Of a DNA stretch of 64,000 nt, positions 12,653 to 26,225 are shown one piece after another. The number at the start of each line of letters is the position of its first letter. Position 1 is the first letter of the stretch. The notes beneath the pieces were generated by a model. That model saw nothing but the letters and a program-made list of their open reading frames with translations, was not told the origin of the DNA and did no database searches. The DNA comes from Cycas panzhihuaensis (lineage: Eukaryota > Plantae > Cycadophyta). The stretch spans positions 147,257,741 through 147,321,740 of the forward strand of contig CM041465.1 of assembly GCA_023213395.1 (NCBI GenBank). Reading direction: 5' to 3'. The translations under genes and the position numbers were made by a program.

Positions 12653-15140
12653 TCTTTTTTTTTCTTTTTTTTCCTATTTAGAAAGATGAAAAATATGAAG
12701 AAGAAACTTCCAAAAAATGAATTGTACCCATTTTAGGATGCAAGACCACTTAGCTTGTCAATTACTTTAGATGTATGTGATCGATTTTTTGCTACAAATT
12801 AGCTTAAAAGAAACTATATAAAAGTCAAATGAAAGCCTCAAACATGTATCATGAGTGATCAGTAAGAAAAATAAAATAAAGAACTCCTTAAAAGTTTAAG
12901 AGGATAAGCATGTTAGGTTATATTGAATGCTCAGGTTGATTAGCTTCAAAGCTATACTAAACAATATCAAATTAAGATGAAATTATACCAATTTGAAAAT
13001 CAATAAAATATATATTTAACGGATTTGACCGTTTTGATAATGGGTTCCTACAAGTCAAAATTTTAATGTACAAATGATATGGTCCCCTTTTTGGGGCTTA
13101 ATGGGAGCTTGGGCCTCAAAAGATCATGAAATACTAGTAAAAAACTTATAAACAAATGTAAAATGATCAAATATAAATTAAAGAGCTACGTAATATGCTT
13201 TAAGTCAATAAACTTGACAAATAGTGTATAAAAATATGTAATAATGACAAACTAAAAGCTTTTATGTACCTCAAATTTGTTTGTTTTAAAAGTCTGCAAG
13301 AAAACTTTAAAACTTATAAATAAATATGTCAATTGGAAGAGAAATGAGTCTGCTTCTCAATGAAACTGATGGATCTGAAATCTGATATGAAAAAGAAAAG
13401 TTATAACGAAAATGGTGGAAGGTACTTTTTATATTAATAACTCAAAAAAGCTTTAATAAAAAGATTGACTTTAACTCATTAAAATTAGGTTAAATCGGTT
13501 CCAAAGGTAATAAATAGCTAGTCTAAACTATAGCTCACAAAGTTCTAGACTCAACGGGATAGGTTTCATCAGAAACGGATACCCTAGTGAAAAGATATCA
13601 CAAAAAAGAGCCAAGTACCCTATGTATTAAGGAAAATTTTAAAAAATATATATATAAAAGAAAATATTTATAAACTAAAGAAAGCCCCTTTAATAAAATA
13701 ACTAAAGGTCACATGAGCTTGATAGAACCAAGGGCTAACACTTGAGGGGGGCTATTATCAAATGGATTTAAAAACGTTATAAAATCAAATTAAATGTCTC
13801 TTAAACCTTGCTTTTAATATAATCAAAATATTAAAAATTGAATTAAAAAGTGGAAATGGCATCACAACCTATACAGAGGAACAGAGGAGCAGACAGATCA
13901 ATCAGATCAATTGATCTAAAGGCACAATAGAGAGACGTACCAAACCTCTATACTAATCTAGCCACAACATCTAGAAAAAAACACTAAATATTATACTTAT
14001 TAAGATGAAAGAAAAGATGATGGTGACTACACAGACTGAGAAATAGATCAAGTAACCTATTATAAATCAATCGAAAAAGAAATTGAATCACAACTAAATA
14101 GAGGATTACACTTACACGTACGCAACTAAAGAGGAGCATGCAGGTACCATAGAGGAACTACACAAGTTCTGCAGGGATGCCACGAGAGCTGAGAGGTGAG
14201 AGCGAATCATGAACATAGATCTCACACGGAGGACGGTCTTTGCGCATATGTCTGAGAGAACGCAGGCTCAAAAATATCACAAACTAGAGGATACTAGCAG
14301 ATAGAGCATGTGGCCAATCATAACTAAATAGAGACAACAGATCGACGTGTAGTCTTGTTCTTGAAAGAGAGGAGTAAATAGACTCAAACGTCGCTTGTTA
14401 ATAATGAAAAAATTGGAGTCAAGGAACGGTGAAGAACTGCATACGATTTTTAGAACTTGCTCTTCTGCCTGAGAGATATTATGCTGTTAATGAAGAACCA
14501 TTTTACTTTAGAGAGTCATAGGGAGAGCTGAAGTGTTTTCCTTGAGTGATTTGGTAAGGTTGAAGACACAAAAAATGAGTTTGTTACCCAAGCAACACAT
14601 GCGCAAGTCCAAGAATAAAATATTATGATGGGGAGATCATTGGTACTATACCTTCACAAAATGGATGAAGGGTAGTTAGAGTATACAGACGTCTATTTAA
14701 ATGAAGGTGAGAAGGATGCTTCAACATGGATATCTGATGCTATATAGGTTGAAGTGTAATGGTAACATGGACACAACAATGGCACTCAATCTTCCCTTCG
14801 CGCAACAGATCTTAATAACATAAAGATCACTCAACATAACAAATATGTACAAAAAAAAAGAAATCACAACTTGATGGAATGATTTAAAAAGAGTTATGTA
14901 ATAGAATGGTTTATAGAATTGTTGATATAATGGATTTCACCATTTTCACAAATGGGTTTCACAAATGAAACTCACAAATGATCTCCAAACAACCTAGAAA
15001 CGAGATGGCTTTCTTTCATAGACTTGTAAATCAAAGTTTCTTTTCACAATAAGTATATCACGGAAGAGTATAGTCACGCAATAGAGCCACAAATAAAACC
15101 AATTTTTTTAAATATAATGGAGAAAGTATATCAGAGAAAT

Positions 15141-15147
15141 ATCTATA

Positions 15148-15196
<49 letters not shown>
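15141..15196. repeat. (TA)n microsatellite
   Basis: Direct reading; generates the YIYIYI ORFs. Confidence 0.95.
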
Positions 15197-15203
<7 letters not shown>

Positions 15204-15779
15204 AAAACGTGAAGAACCTAATAATGCAGCTATAACCAGTTTGTAGAAGATTGACTTCAGAGAGCGAGATTTTCTTCCACAAAAGGTAAAACTTCGAATT
15301 GATTTCTCTAATAGACAGATGGGCTTTCCAGGAATCCAACAAGTAATCATATACTACACTTTCGTCAAGCAGATGAAGAGATAGATTAGTAAAATAAATA
15401 TCAACCTACACTCTAATACCAAATGTTGTTTGCAGAGGAGCAGAGTGGGATATTAGACTGAGCACATTTTGAATTAATAAGATGTTTTCTAATGATAGTG
15501 GTATTAAAAAATACCAGGGAGGTATTCCCACCCCTTAAATAGATTTTTGGGGAGGCATCATGTGCCATCACCTGACCTGCACATTAGCCAATAAAATATT
15601 CAAACTATATTTAAAAAATAACATTTAATAAATAATGCACATATCTTAATAATGTTTCATCAGTTGTGGGTCCCTTTAGCAGCTATTGGGAGGCTATAGG
15701 TGCCCTAAGGGGCCTCAAAGGTGGCTTTGAGGGGCACTAGGGCCACGGTTCTTCAAATACATTGGGGTTAATCCCAATA

Positions 15780-16374
15780 TAAGGCCAAATATTGCACACT
15801 CTATTAGCATTCTTGCATGATTCATAATAAATCCTAAGCAGAATCACTGGCACACTACAGTTCAAGTGTTAAAATACCTAAAGACAACCAACAAATTTGG
15901 TCTACTGTATATAGACTCAGACTTTACAGGAGATAAAGATATAAAATATCTACATCTAGGTATATAACATTTATTGGAATAGCACCAATATCATGGAGAT
16001 CCATATAGCATAAGATAGTTGCTAATTTAATTGCTAAAGCTAAATACATTACTACTTCTGAGATAAATAAAGAGGTGATATGGCTTAGAAAATTATTAGA
16101 AACTTTAAGCATCAACCAAACAAGTCCTACCGACCTTCGTGTCGATAATCAATCAGTAATCCATATGACAAAAAATTATATATTTTATGATCGTACCAAA
16201 CACATAAGTATAAAAGTCCACAAGATTAGAAAACTTATTCATGATGGCATAATTCAACTAGAATACTGCCCCATAGCTAATCAAGTGGACAATATCTTCA
16301 CCAAACTGCTACAAAGGGTGAAGTTTGAACAGTTCTTAAGGAAGCTTGACCTTATGGCCTTCATCTTCGACTGA
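15780..16374 (+). pseudogene. Element D RT end and RNase H
   Basis: Continues RPNIAHSISILA after the TSD of C; ORF 16075-16374 IWLRKLL..DNQSVI..RTKHISIKVHKIR..DNIFTKLL. Confidence 0.9.
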
Positions 16375-16820
16375 TCAAAGAAGATGGTAATAGGATCATC
16401 ATACTCTATTCTATTCGTGAAAACCCCTTGTGGCCGCGAAATAATAAGAGTAAGTCCCTACTCTATCCTATTTATGAAAATCCCATGTGGGCACAAAAGG
16501 ATAAGAGCTATATTAGTTTTAGAAAATCAGAACCTATGAAAACTCAAAAGGGCATAGGGGATGACCAAATAGTATATAGAGGCTCAGCAAATCAAGTTGC
16601 ACATTTAAGTTGGTTGGCTATCAAGCTAAATTAAGAGCCACCTTAGCTATTTTTATTTATAAAAGGGACTATAGATTTTAGAAAGTCTGTGGGTTTTTAT
16701 TCCCCATAAGGGTTTTTCCACAAAAGTATCATTTAGAATTTCAATATAATAATAAGGCTCAAATGAAGACCTCATAGTATAGATTTTCTCAAAATGACCT
16801 TCCACCATTAAAGGGGGGAT

Positions 16821-17131
16821 TGAAAGAGGTTAATGTATCAAGGTCATTTATGTAGATTAATTAATTAACCTTAAGATATATTGTTAGCATTAGTCTCTTA
16901 GTGAAATGCGCTTTATGTGAATTTAAATGTAATTTCAAGCTCATGTCATAGGCAGAAAAATCCTAACCCTAATACTCACCCTCAATAATAAAAGGTGAAA
17001 TCTCAAAGTGGGAGTCAGTATTCATTCTCACCTCTAAGCTTTGCTCTCATATCTTATTTCATCTCTTTTTCATTATCCATTGCCATTGTGTGCATGTAAG
17101 TGATTTATTTCCTAGATCTATCCTTCCTTTA
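16821..17131 (+). repeat. 3' LTR of element D (311 bp)
   Basis: Preceded by PPT, followed by TSD; terminal CA mutated to TA. Confidence 0.9.
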
Positions 17132-18100
17132 GTGTAGCCTAAGGGGATATAAAGTGAAGAGTCCCTATGCCTTGGACAAGGCTAAATAGGGATCAATCTT
17201 CCATGTACTCCATGTCTTGAGGGTCAAGGGCGTGGAGGAATAATGGTATAAAATAGGGGAACTAAAGCTATGCTCAGTTGAAGAATGGACATTTACAAAG
17301 GTGGCACACTTTTCATAACTTACATGCCTTGTGGGGCCTCTTCATTTGATGGAGTACTTGTAGAAGTAGGTATCGACATTGCATCCTAAAGAGGGGATGT
17401 AGTCACTTAGATGGAAGTGGGTGGAGGGAGTATGATAGAAGTTGTCGTCAAACTAAAGAGCAACTGATGTACCTAACTTAAGGCAGTTTGACTAACTACT
17501 AGTTTGAAATGGACCCTTAGGGCCTCCATCACATCTCTTAGTGGGGTATGAACTTGGTCAAGAGGGGAAGAGTACCCTCTCGATGACTTTAGTGGAAAGG
17601 AAAAGGGGTGTGGACTTGCTTGGAATGTTGAGCAAGATCATGAGGCTGAGACCCTTCTATAATATGGGTATGAGGGGACATTGGATTATGGTAAGTTTTG
17701 TTTAGGTCTGGGGTATAATAAGATGGCTCCCCACTAGCATGGGTAGAATCCTCATAAGGGTAAGGGCCCTCAGATAGAGGCCAATTTTGGGCATATGAAT
17801 CATATGTCCAATTAGAAGGATAACCCTACATCGATGACTCTTAATCACTAGTCTCAATGGGGGTGTAAGTTGGTTTTGTATCCAAGGGAGGGAAGGCCAT
17901 GCAAGTGATGGGAGAAGTATTGCATTCACGGGTCAACCTAGTCTACTTGGATGAACAAAAAGGAGGTAGGGGTTGATTATGTATGCAATGCTATCGAACA
18001 TCCTAAACAAAACTCAAGATAGAGGGGGAGGAAAAATGAATGCCTAAAAGTTTCGAAAAGTGTTCCTATTGGTGAGTCCTCAGTATGGTTGCTAGAGAAA
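17132..18100 (-). mobile_element. 5' part of the same gypsy element (Pro-rich gag N-terminus and degenerate PBS-like motif)
   Basis: Resumes after the TSD of element D with the same G-rich plus-strand composition; ORF 17702-17929; reverse complement of ~18072-18093 is tagcaaccatactgaggactca, resembling a decayed TGGCGACC..CTGGGGA Tat/Ogre-type PBS. Confidence 0.55.
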
Positions 18101-19480
18101 TACATTAAAAGGTCAATGAGATAAGATTACTACACTTTTAATTTATGTGTAAGACCCAAGGTGCGACAGCCTAGTAAGGATAGATAAATCATATGTCAAT
18201 GACTCGAGCTTCTATATGCTTCTTGAGTGTGATTGGAAAGGGACCTACGTGAATGATTTAGGAAGATAAACTAAGGGCAAATGGTATGTGTATATATGTA
18301 TTGGGATTTGTCTGTGGTGGTGTTGTAATAATTTTTTTTTATTTTTTTATCTTCTTATCAGAACCTAGGGCTGACTAAGGGAAAAATAACACATACATCT
18401 AATACAAACTATACACTTTTTTCCTTTTGAATGAAAATAATTGCTACCCTAATTCTAGATTCTAATGTATGTCCCCTTATGAATTTGAGACTCATGACAA
18501 CATTATCCCTTTTCTCATCTTAAGTTTGTACTTAAATGATATGCACCCAATTCAATTCCTTACTCCTACCATGGATGCAATGGATATACAAAATGATGAA
18601 AACATGTAAGTAAAAATGCTTCTCTTTTTTCTTTTTCTTTTTCTTTCAGGGGAAAGGAGGAAGAATCGAACATGCAAATCTTTTTTTTTTGTTTCTTCTC
18701 TTTTTTTGGTTGCTCTTCTTTTTTCTTCCTCTTTCTTTTTTTTTTTGCAAAAAGATATAAAAAAGGAAGAAGGGGGATTGAGAGTGGATGATTAAGCTAA
18801 TCTACTTCTCCTTTCTACCCTACCTTCTTATGCAAAAATCAATGTGATTCCTCCCCCTCCCCTCCTTTTTTTCCTTTTGTTTTCTTTTGTTTTCTTTTTT
18901 TTTACTTTTTTTTTTTTTATTTTAAATAAAGTAGATAGTGATAAATCAAGATTCAAAAGAGCATACCTAGATATATGAAGGTTGTAATTGCTCATGTCTC
19001 CCTCCAACATCTTAGAAGTGCCTGTAATAGATTAGAGAAAGAAATAAAGATGCTACTAAACTAATTTAAAGAAATTTTAGAAGCATTTATGCTTGCTAAG
19101 TAAATTATGATAAGAAAAAATAGTGTAATAAAAAGATGAAAAATGAAATAAAGGATAGAAATAAGGTGTTGACCTTGCTTCCTTAAAACAATAGTTGAAA
19201 TGTAGGGTTGCTTGGGATTTCTTGGAAAATAACGTATTGCTTGATGATCTTGTAGGTTTTTCTCCCTTCTTGCACATAAGTTGGTAACATGAAAGACAAG
19301 TGCTTTTACAAGGAATCCAACACTACAAGCATATGTATCTCTCAAATAATAATAAGCAAATTCTTTCAAAAGCCAATATGCTACCTCTAAGCTATGAAAC
19401 AAAATAAATGGCATTAGTGGTGGTGTCTTCGAATGGCTATTGTCACCCAATATAACAAGGGCTTCCTAAGTGTACTTAGG

Positions 19481-20433
19481 TGTTGTCTCCTATTTTGCAA
19501 CTTTCTGAAACAATGGATGAAGCAATAACTGGGGAAAAAGAGAAAGCATTCAACTATTGAATTAAAGAAGATTATGAAACATAAGAAAATTAACTAGCAT
19601 GTCCTACCATTCTATCATATAAGCATGGTATAAAGATGGAAACAAATGGAGTAGAAAAGAATACCTATAACAAAAAAGGAAGTGGATTACCTATACCTCT
19701 AGGAGAATAGATGGCCAATGGCTACTATTCTTCTTCTTCAAGGACCTCCAAGTTGACTTTGGTATTGTGCTTTCAGTCTCCAAATGGATGTCAGAAAAAT
19801 AAAATAAGTTACTAAGATTTTAGAGGAATTTTAACAACATAATAACAAGGCAGCATAATGTCAAAGTCTCCTCCTCTTCTAATGGAAAAATGAAGGGATT
19901 AAATAGAGGAAATCAAGGTAAGGGGTTGGTAGTTTTCTACTCATAATGTGGGAAAAACTATCAAGCCAAAACCATGAGTTTTGCTTATGTGTTAAAAAAT
20001 TTGACTTAGAGAAAGTAAGATTTGAGAAGGATTTAGGGCTCTTGGGCCTCCCAAATTTGACAAGGGTCGACTTGGGGCTAACACAATTTGTCTGTGTCTA
20101 ACAATAAGTCATTAATGAGCTGACTGTTACTAAAAATCCTAAATCTGAGTTGGTGATAGTTGTACTGTAAAAATATTTGCAATACTGTGAACATATTCAC
20201 GATACCACGAAGTACTTCTTGGTACTACTATTGTAGATAGAAATTAAGGTGGTATAGAAACAATTTAGCTTTTTGCACAAAATAAGCATGTAACTAAGCT
20301 ACAAACTCACTAAAGGCAAACCCTAGGGGTAGATATAGTTAATAACAAGTGGTAAAAAGGAAAGCACAAAGCTCGATGGGTTAGAATAAAATGAAAATAA
20401 AATGGAAACAAAGTTATGACTAGGGGGATAACA
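19481..20433. repeat. Putative LTR of another (gypsy-like) element
   Basis: Termini tgttgtctcc ... gggggataaca form an imperfect terminal inverted repeat; non-coding; no matching TSD or partner LTR seen. Confidence 0.3.
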
Positions 20434-21014
20434 TTGTCTCCAACCCAAGGAGCCATATGGGTAGACTAAATGGCCATGGACCGAAGTCATACTCATCATT
20501 AACAGAAAAAGAACATAGATAAATAGCTAAACAAGCTAACAAAGCATACATTAACTATCTAAAATTAAATAAAGACCAATAAGGTGTGAAAAGAGCTGAG
20601 AAGCATACCTATACTTACCTATTTATTACCATATTTAAGCCCATTCTTAGAAGCCAGAAAACACCACCTCCATTAGTTATTTTAAGTAGAAAGTAACAAA
20701 AAAAAGAATTAGAAAGTAGATAAACAAGTACAAAAATAAAGAGAGAAAGTTATGAGAGACTCTAGTTGATATGTAGGCAATTGGTATAAGTTATTTTCTT
20801 TCTCGATCTACTCACAAATACTTAAAATACTATAAAAAACATAAAAAATATTTTTTCACTAAAAATTTATAAAAAAGCATAGCATGTGACCACTACCAAT
20901 TCAAATATCTCAAAAAATTACGCATTGTAATAAATTTATTTTTACAAAATAGATATTTAATAGTTTAGAATTGGCCTTGACATCCAAAATACTATATGAC
21001 TAGGGGCTAGCTAA

Positions 21015-24000
21015 TGTTAATTTAATTCAAAAAAGTAGAAGGCTGATGAGTAGAATTGAACCATTTTTTGTTAAGGAGATGATCTCTTAAATATACAAGG
21101 AGACTTGTAACCATTATAATAAGTTTTGAAACTAACTTTTAAAGGCATGAAACCTGTCACATTCATATGTGTGAATTACATAATTAAGGGTTTATTAATG
21201 ACTCTTTGTAATGTCTACATAAAACATTACCTCTAGACCCCTCTCTTAATGTTTTATCTCTCTCAGTCCTACTTTGTCTCTTAGAAATTTCTTTTCCTAA
21301 TGACTTTGTCAATAGATCTGTAATTTGTTCTATAGGAGAATAGTACTCCAACTTGATTTCTTTATTGTGAGTGTTTTCCCTTATGAAGTAGTGATGAACT
21401 TATATGTGCTTGGTTCTCGTATGAAAAATTAGGTTATTGGTCAGTTTAATAGCACTCTGATTATCACAATATAAAGTTGTTGCTTGGCTCTGAGGCTAAT
21501 TCAAATCGATCAGAAATTGTCGAAGCCAAACTACTTCACAGGTTGCAGTTACAATTGCATTATATTCAACTTCAGTTGAGGAGAGTGTAACTGTATATTA
21601 TTTTTTGTTGTACCATGAGATTGCTATAGGTCCCAAGAAAAAATAGTAGCCACTAGTGGATTTTCTCTTCTCCTTGTCACCTGCCCAATGTAAGTCATAA
21701 TATCCTATAAGTTCTATTGATCCTTTTCGTGAGTAGATCAGTTTTAAATCGATTGTTCCCCATAGATATCTTAGGATCCTCCAAGCAGCTTTCCAGTGTC
21801 TTACTCTTAGTTCCTAGATATATTTGGAGATGACTCTGACTAAGTAGGATATATCAGGTCTGGTGGCTATGAGGTAAATCAGACTACCAATTAGTTGTCT
21901 ATATAGAGTGATGTCAATTGGTTGTTCTCCTTTATATGTTATCAAGTCGCATTTGATTTCCATCAGTATTGTGCATGGATTATAGTTTGTCATACCAAAT
22001 TTACTTAGTATGTCCTTTATGTACTTGCTTTGTGAGAGGGCAATATATTCTTGTTGCTTACTCACTTCTAATCCTAGATAATAGTTAAGAAGACCAAGAT
22101 ATGCCATTTTGAATTTTTTTTCTAATTGCCCTTTTATCTCCATAATTATTTTTTCATCATTCCCTATAAGGATCATATCATCTACATAAATGACAATTAT
22201 GGTAATTAAACCATCATTTTTCTTTGTGTATAAACTAGAATCTGAGATGCAGTATTGGAATCTGTTATAACACAAATGTTGATCTAGTTTGGCGTACCAT
22301 ACACGAGGGGCTTATTTTAGCCTATATAGAGCCCTTTTTAGTTTGCACACCAAGTGTTCTTGTCCTTTCTTAATATAACCTTTAAGCTATGCCATATATA
22401 CATCCTCTTCAAGATAGCCATTCAGGAATGCGCTCTTTATATCTAACTGCAAGATTTTCTAGTTGTGTAATGCAGCAAGTGCAATCATAGTTTTTACTAT
22501 GTCCAACTTTGCTACAGGAGAGAAGGTTTCTTCGAAGTCAATTCTAGATGTCTGGGTATACCCTTTTACAATAAGCCTTGCTTTGTATTTTTTTATTTTC
22601 CTATTGGCCCCTTCCTTTACTTTCTACACCTATTTGCAGTTAATTATCAGTTTCTCTAAAGGAAGTTCTACCATGTCCCATATTTGATTTCTAACAATTG
22701 AGTCCATCTTAGCATCCATAACTTCCTTCTATTTTGGTTGATCTTGAGCTTCATGAAAGGACTAAGGTTCAGTTCAGCTGAACAAAGCTTTTGGTTTTTG
22801 ACTTCTTATTTTATTATCAAGTACATTTCCCATGTCTTCAATTGTCTTAATGAACCATGTAGGTAACTTACTTTCCTTTGTCGAGTCTTCTCTTGCCTCT
22901 GAGTATTTCGAATAAGAATCTGTTGCCTATGTTGAACCTTCTTCTTTAGATGAGTGTATGTGAGACAAGGATGATTCCGGCGATGGAATCTCTTCTGTAG
23001 CAATGTCTGAAGTTTCTTCTGTGAAGTCTTCTCTACTTGAGTTTTTTATTTCTTCCTCAATTAATTTGATTTGAGTTTAAGAATCAAAACTTTCTTTATT
23101 AAAAACCACATCTTGGCTAGCATATATCTTGTTTATTTTTGGATCAATGTATTTATAATCTTTTAAATTCTTATTATACCCTATCATAATGTATTCTATG
23201 TTTTTCGCATCAATTTTTGATCTTTTCTTATGTGGTATATATACATAGACCTGACTACTAAATACTTTAAGTGAGTTGACATCAGGTTTCTTACCTATCC
23301 ATTCTTCTTCAGGTGTAATGTTCTCTAGGGATTTAGTTTGACTCCTATTTATTAGGTAGTAGGCTACATTAACTACTTTTGCCTAATATGATTTCAGAAC
23401 CTACTTTTCATGAACCATACTTTGAGCCATCTTTATCAAGGTTCTATTTTTTCTCTCAGCAACCCCATTGGATTGTGGGGTATAGGGTGTGGTGACTTTT
23501 CTTCGTATTACGTTTTGCTTGCAATAGGTTAGAAATTCATTGGAGATGTACTCCTCTCCTCCAATAGATCTTATGCACTTTATTTTGATTTCAGACTCTA
23601 GTTATACTTCTACTTTAAACTCCTTGAAGATTTCAAAGACTTCTAATTTATTATGCAAGAAGTGCACCCAAACTTTTCTAGTAAAATCATCAATAAAGGT
23701 TCATAAATACCTACAACCATTTATTGAAAGTGGGGTGAGTGGTCCACAAAGATTTGTGTAAATTAATTCCAATTTACTTTGTGTTCTCTATTTTCTTTCT
23801 TTGAATAGTAGTCTATGATGTCTTCCAAATTGGTATCCCTTGTAAACAAAATTTCCTGAAGAGATGTGAGGTAGTCCATGTACTACATTATATTTTTTCA
23901 TTTTCTTTAATGTTTCTATTAGTAGATGCCCATACTTCAAATGCCAAAATTTATTATTAGAATTCATAACAGTATAAAATTTTGGACCTAGACTTGGTAT

Positions 24001-26225
24001 TATAGGATCTGAGATCAATTTATATAGATCATTACTCCTAACACCTTTTGTTATTATTTCTCTATTATTTTTCATATCTAATATATGACAAAGACCTTCT
24101 TCATCAAACGCAGTTCTTAGCCTCTTTTTGCTAAGTTATAAAATAGATAAAATATTCATTTTAAGGTCAGGGACCAATAGGACATTTCCAACTTTCTTTA
24201 CATTACCTTGTATGTTGATAGAGATAGTACCTACTCCTTTAATTCTAAGTGGATACTTGTCTCCTAACTCTACTGACTTGTTAATGTCACAAGGTTTCAA
24301 AGTTTCAAACCAATCTTGGTGACTTGTCATATGTCGTGAGGCTTTAGAGTCAATGAACCATGCATCTGTTTCCTTCAATCCTATTAATAATGCAACCATA
24401 AATGTTGTTTCCTCCTCTTCTTCTTTAACTTGTTCTTTGTTATAGCTGCCCACTGGTATTTTCCCTCTATGAATATTTATTCTCATTTGAGGACACTAAT
24501 AAGGATAGTATCCTGACTGATCGCAATGCTAACACACATCAAATGCTCTGCAAGCATTGGTGAAATGTCCAGGTTTGCCACAATTGAAACATATTCTAGT
24601 GTCTCTACCTCATCTACGTCCTCCATTATCTTGATAACAGCCACGAGCATAACTCTTAGAATCTGAAGTTTGTCCCCTTCCACATGATTATCTTTGTCCT
24701 CAAGGTCCCAGATTTAGCCTGGAGGCAAAGACATCTTCTAATTCCACTGAATCTTCATATCACCTATTTCTTTGTTCTTGCCTTAGCAATATTCTAGTCA
24801 ACTCATCAAGTGTCATTACATCAATCTGATTACTATTTGTAATGGTATTAATGATTATATCAAAAGATTTGGGAAGTGTGCTAGCTACCATCTGAATAAG
24901 ATCTGGTTCAGGAAGAATTTCTCTAGTACTTAAGAGACCATTCCTAAGTGAAGTGACCTTGTATATGAAGTCGGTCACTACTTCATGTTCTTTCATATAT
25001 AACTTATATAACTCTTCTTTTAAGGAAAATATCTGTGATTTATTTTTCTGACCAAAAATATTTTTAAAACACTTCCAAATGTCTGAAGTGGAGTTCAGTT
25101 TTTTAGCATATACCAAGAGAGAGTTAGAAACAGATAGTTTGAGGATGATCACTCTCATATTATCTCTTTCAAGCCAATTAAGCAATGTTACACTTGTATC
25201 ATCTAGCTTGGTTTTTATGCCAAGAGCAATGTTCCAAGCATTTCTAGCCCAAAGAAGGGTTTCAACTTTTATTTTCCAAATATGATAATTAATGTCTATG
25301 AGTTTATCTTGTTCAGGCAATCCATAGGTTGGTGTAGCCATTATTAATAACAAAAAAAAAGACCCAAATAGGCTTGACTACATAGTTGTGCATATTTTTG
25401 TACAAAACCCTATATGTACAGACTTAGACAAATGATACCTCAAAAGTGAGGTCTTTTCACCACGAGTACAGATCTTGTATTAGTTTCTGGAAACAACCTC
25501 TCAAAACGAAGAAAATGGCCTCTAAAACTTAGATGGGCAATTAGGATTTAATCACATTTTGCTTAAATCTTTTAAAATACTCCACCAAACTAGATGAAAT
25601 TGGATTTAAACTCTTAATAACATAGAAACAAAGATTTTATGATAGTCTTTACCTGATTTCAGGTAAGATTTCGACTTAAATTCACCATACTTCCTTCAAA
25701 CATGTGCAGACTAGTTTTCCTTTAATTCTGACCTCAAAACAACTTCAAACGACTTTAAGCTAGTTGAGAATGTTGATGAGCATGTTTAGATCTATCTACC
25801 CACCAAATTTCATTGCATTCTGAGAAGTTTAAAATTGTGGCATCCGTATGATTTCTGTACAGTCCCATACATAGGCAATTAATGCAGTGCTTTTATAACA
25901 GAGAGCCTTTTAGACTTGCCTTCTTCTTGACCCCTTGAATTGGTCTTCAGTCAATTAAGTCTTCTTCCTTTGGATGAGTAGTTAGACCTACTCTAATACC
26001 ATGTTCATTTAATTCAAAGAAGCAGAAGGCTGGTGAGTAGAATTGAACCAATTCTTATTAAGGAGATGATCTCTTAAATATATAAGGAGACTTGCAATCA
26101 TTATAACAAGTTTTAAAACCAACTTCTAAAGACATGATACATGCCATATTCACATGTGTGAATTACATAATTAAGGGTTTATTAATGACCCTTTGTAATG
26201 TCTAGATAAAACATTACCTCTAACA
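21015..26225 (-). mobile_element. Ty1/copia element B, full length (~5.2 kb), decayed
   Basis: LTRs 21015-~21237 and 26002-26225 (~224 bp); PBS ctctaatacca (rc) 25991-26001; PPT cccctctctt (rc) ~21238-21247; degenerate TSD gctaa/actag. Confidence 0.93.
21246..25342 (-). pseudogene. Element B gag-pol
   Basis: ORFs 24760-25353 (gag, NYHIWKIKVETLL), 24136-24486 (PR, WFIDSKASRHMT), 23788-24075 (WHLKYGHL), 21814-22275 (RT, YVDD, TRPDISY). Confidence 0.93.

Larger units (their letters stand above)
6734..15779 (-). mobile_element. Ty1/copia element C, full length (~9.0 kb), nested in the RT of D
   Basis: LTRs 6734-7089 and 15424-15779 (356 bp); TSD caagg (6729-6733) / taagg (15780-15784); PBS ctctaatacca (rc, one mismatch to iMet) 15411-15421; PPT ttctccccc (rc) 7090-7098. 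Confidence 0.95.
2475..17131 (+). mobile_element. Ty1/copia element D (decayed; interrupted by element C and by a foreign 1.4 kb segment)
   Basis: LTRs 2475-2685 and 16821-17131 both start tgaaagaggttaat; TSD gtata (2470-2474) / gtgta (17132-17136); PBS tggtatcagagc 2688-2699; PPT aaggggggat 16811-16820; domain order gag-PR-IN-RT-RH. Confidence 0.92.

Noticed and set aside
14550-14880. Possible decayed antisense ORF or captured gene in the leader of C (..LEYTDVYLNEGEKDASTWISDAI*..)
   Set aside because: About five stops in ~110 codons is near random expectation and no family is recognisable; would need a family consensus.
15058-15350. ORFs of 94 and 80 aa with YIYIYI runs
   Set aside because: Reading frames through a (TA)n microsatellite in the leader of C.
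18828-19450. Lys-rich and hydrophobic minus-strand ORFs
   Set aside because: Derived from poly-T/low-complexity non-coding retroelement sequence; no domain motifs.
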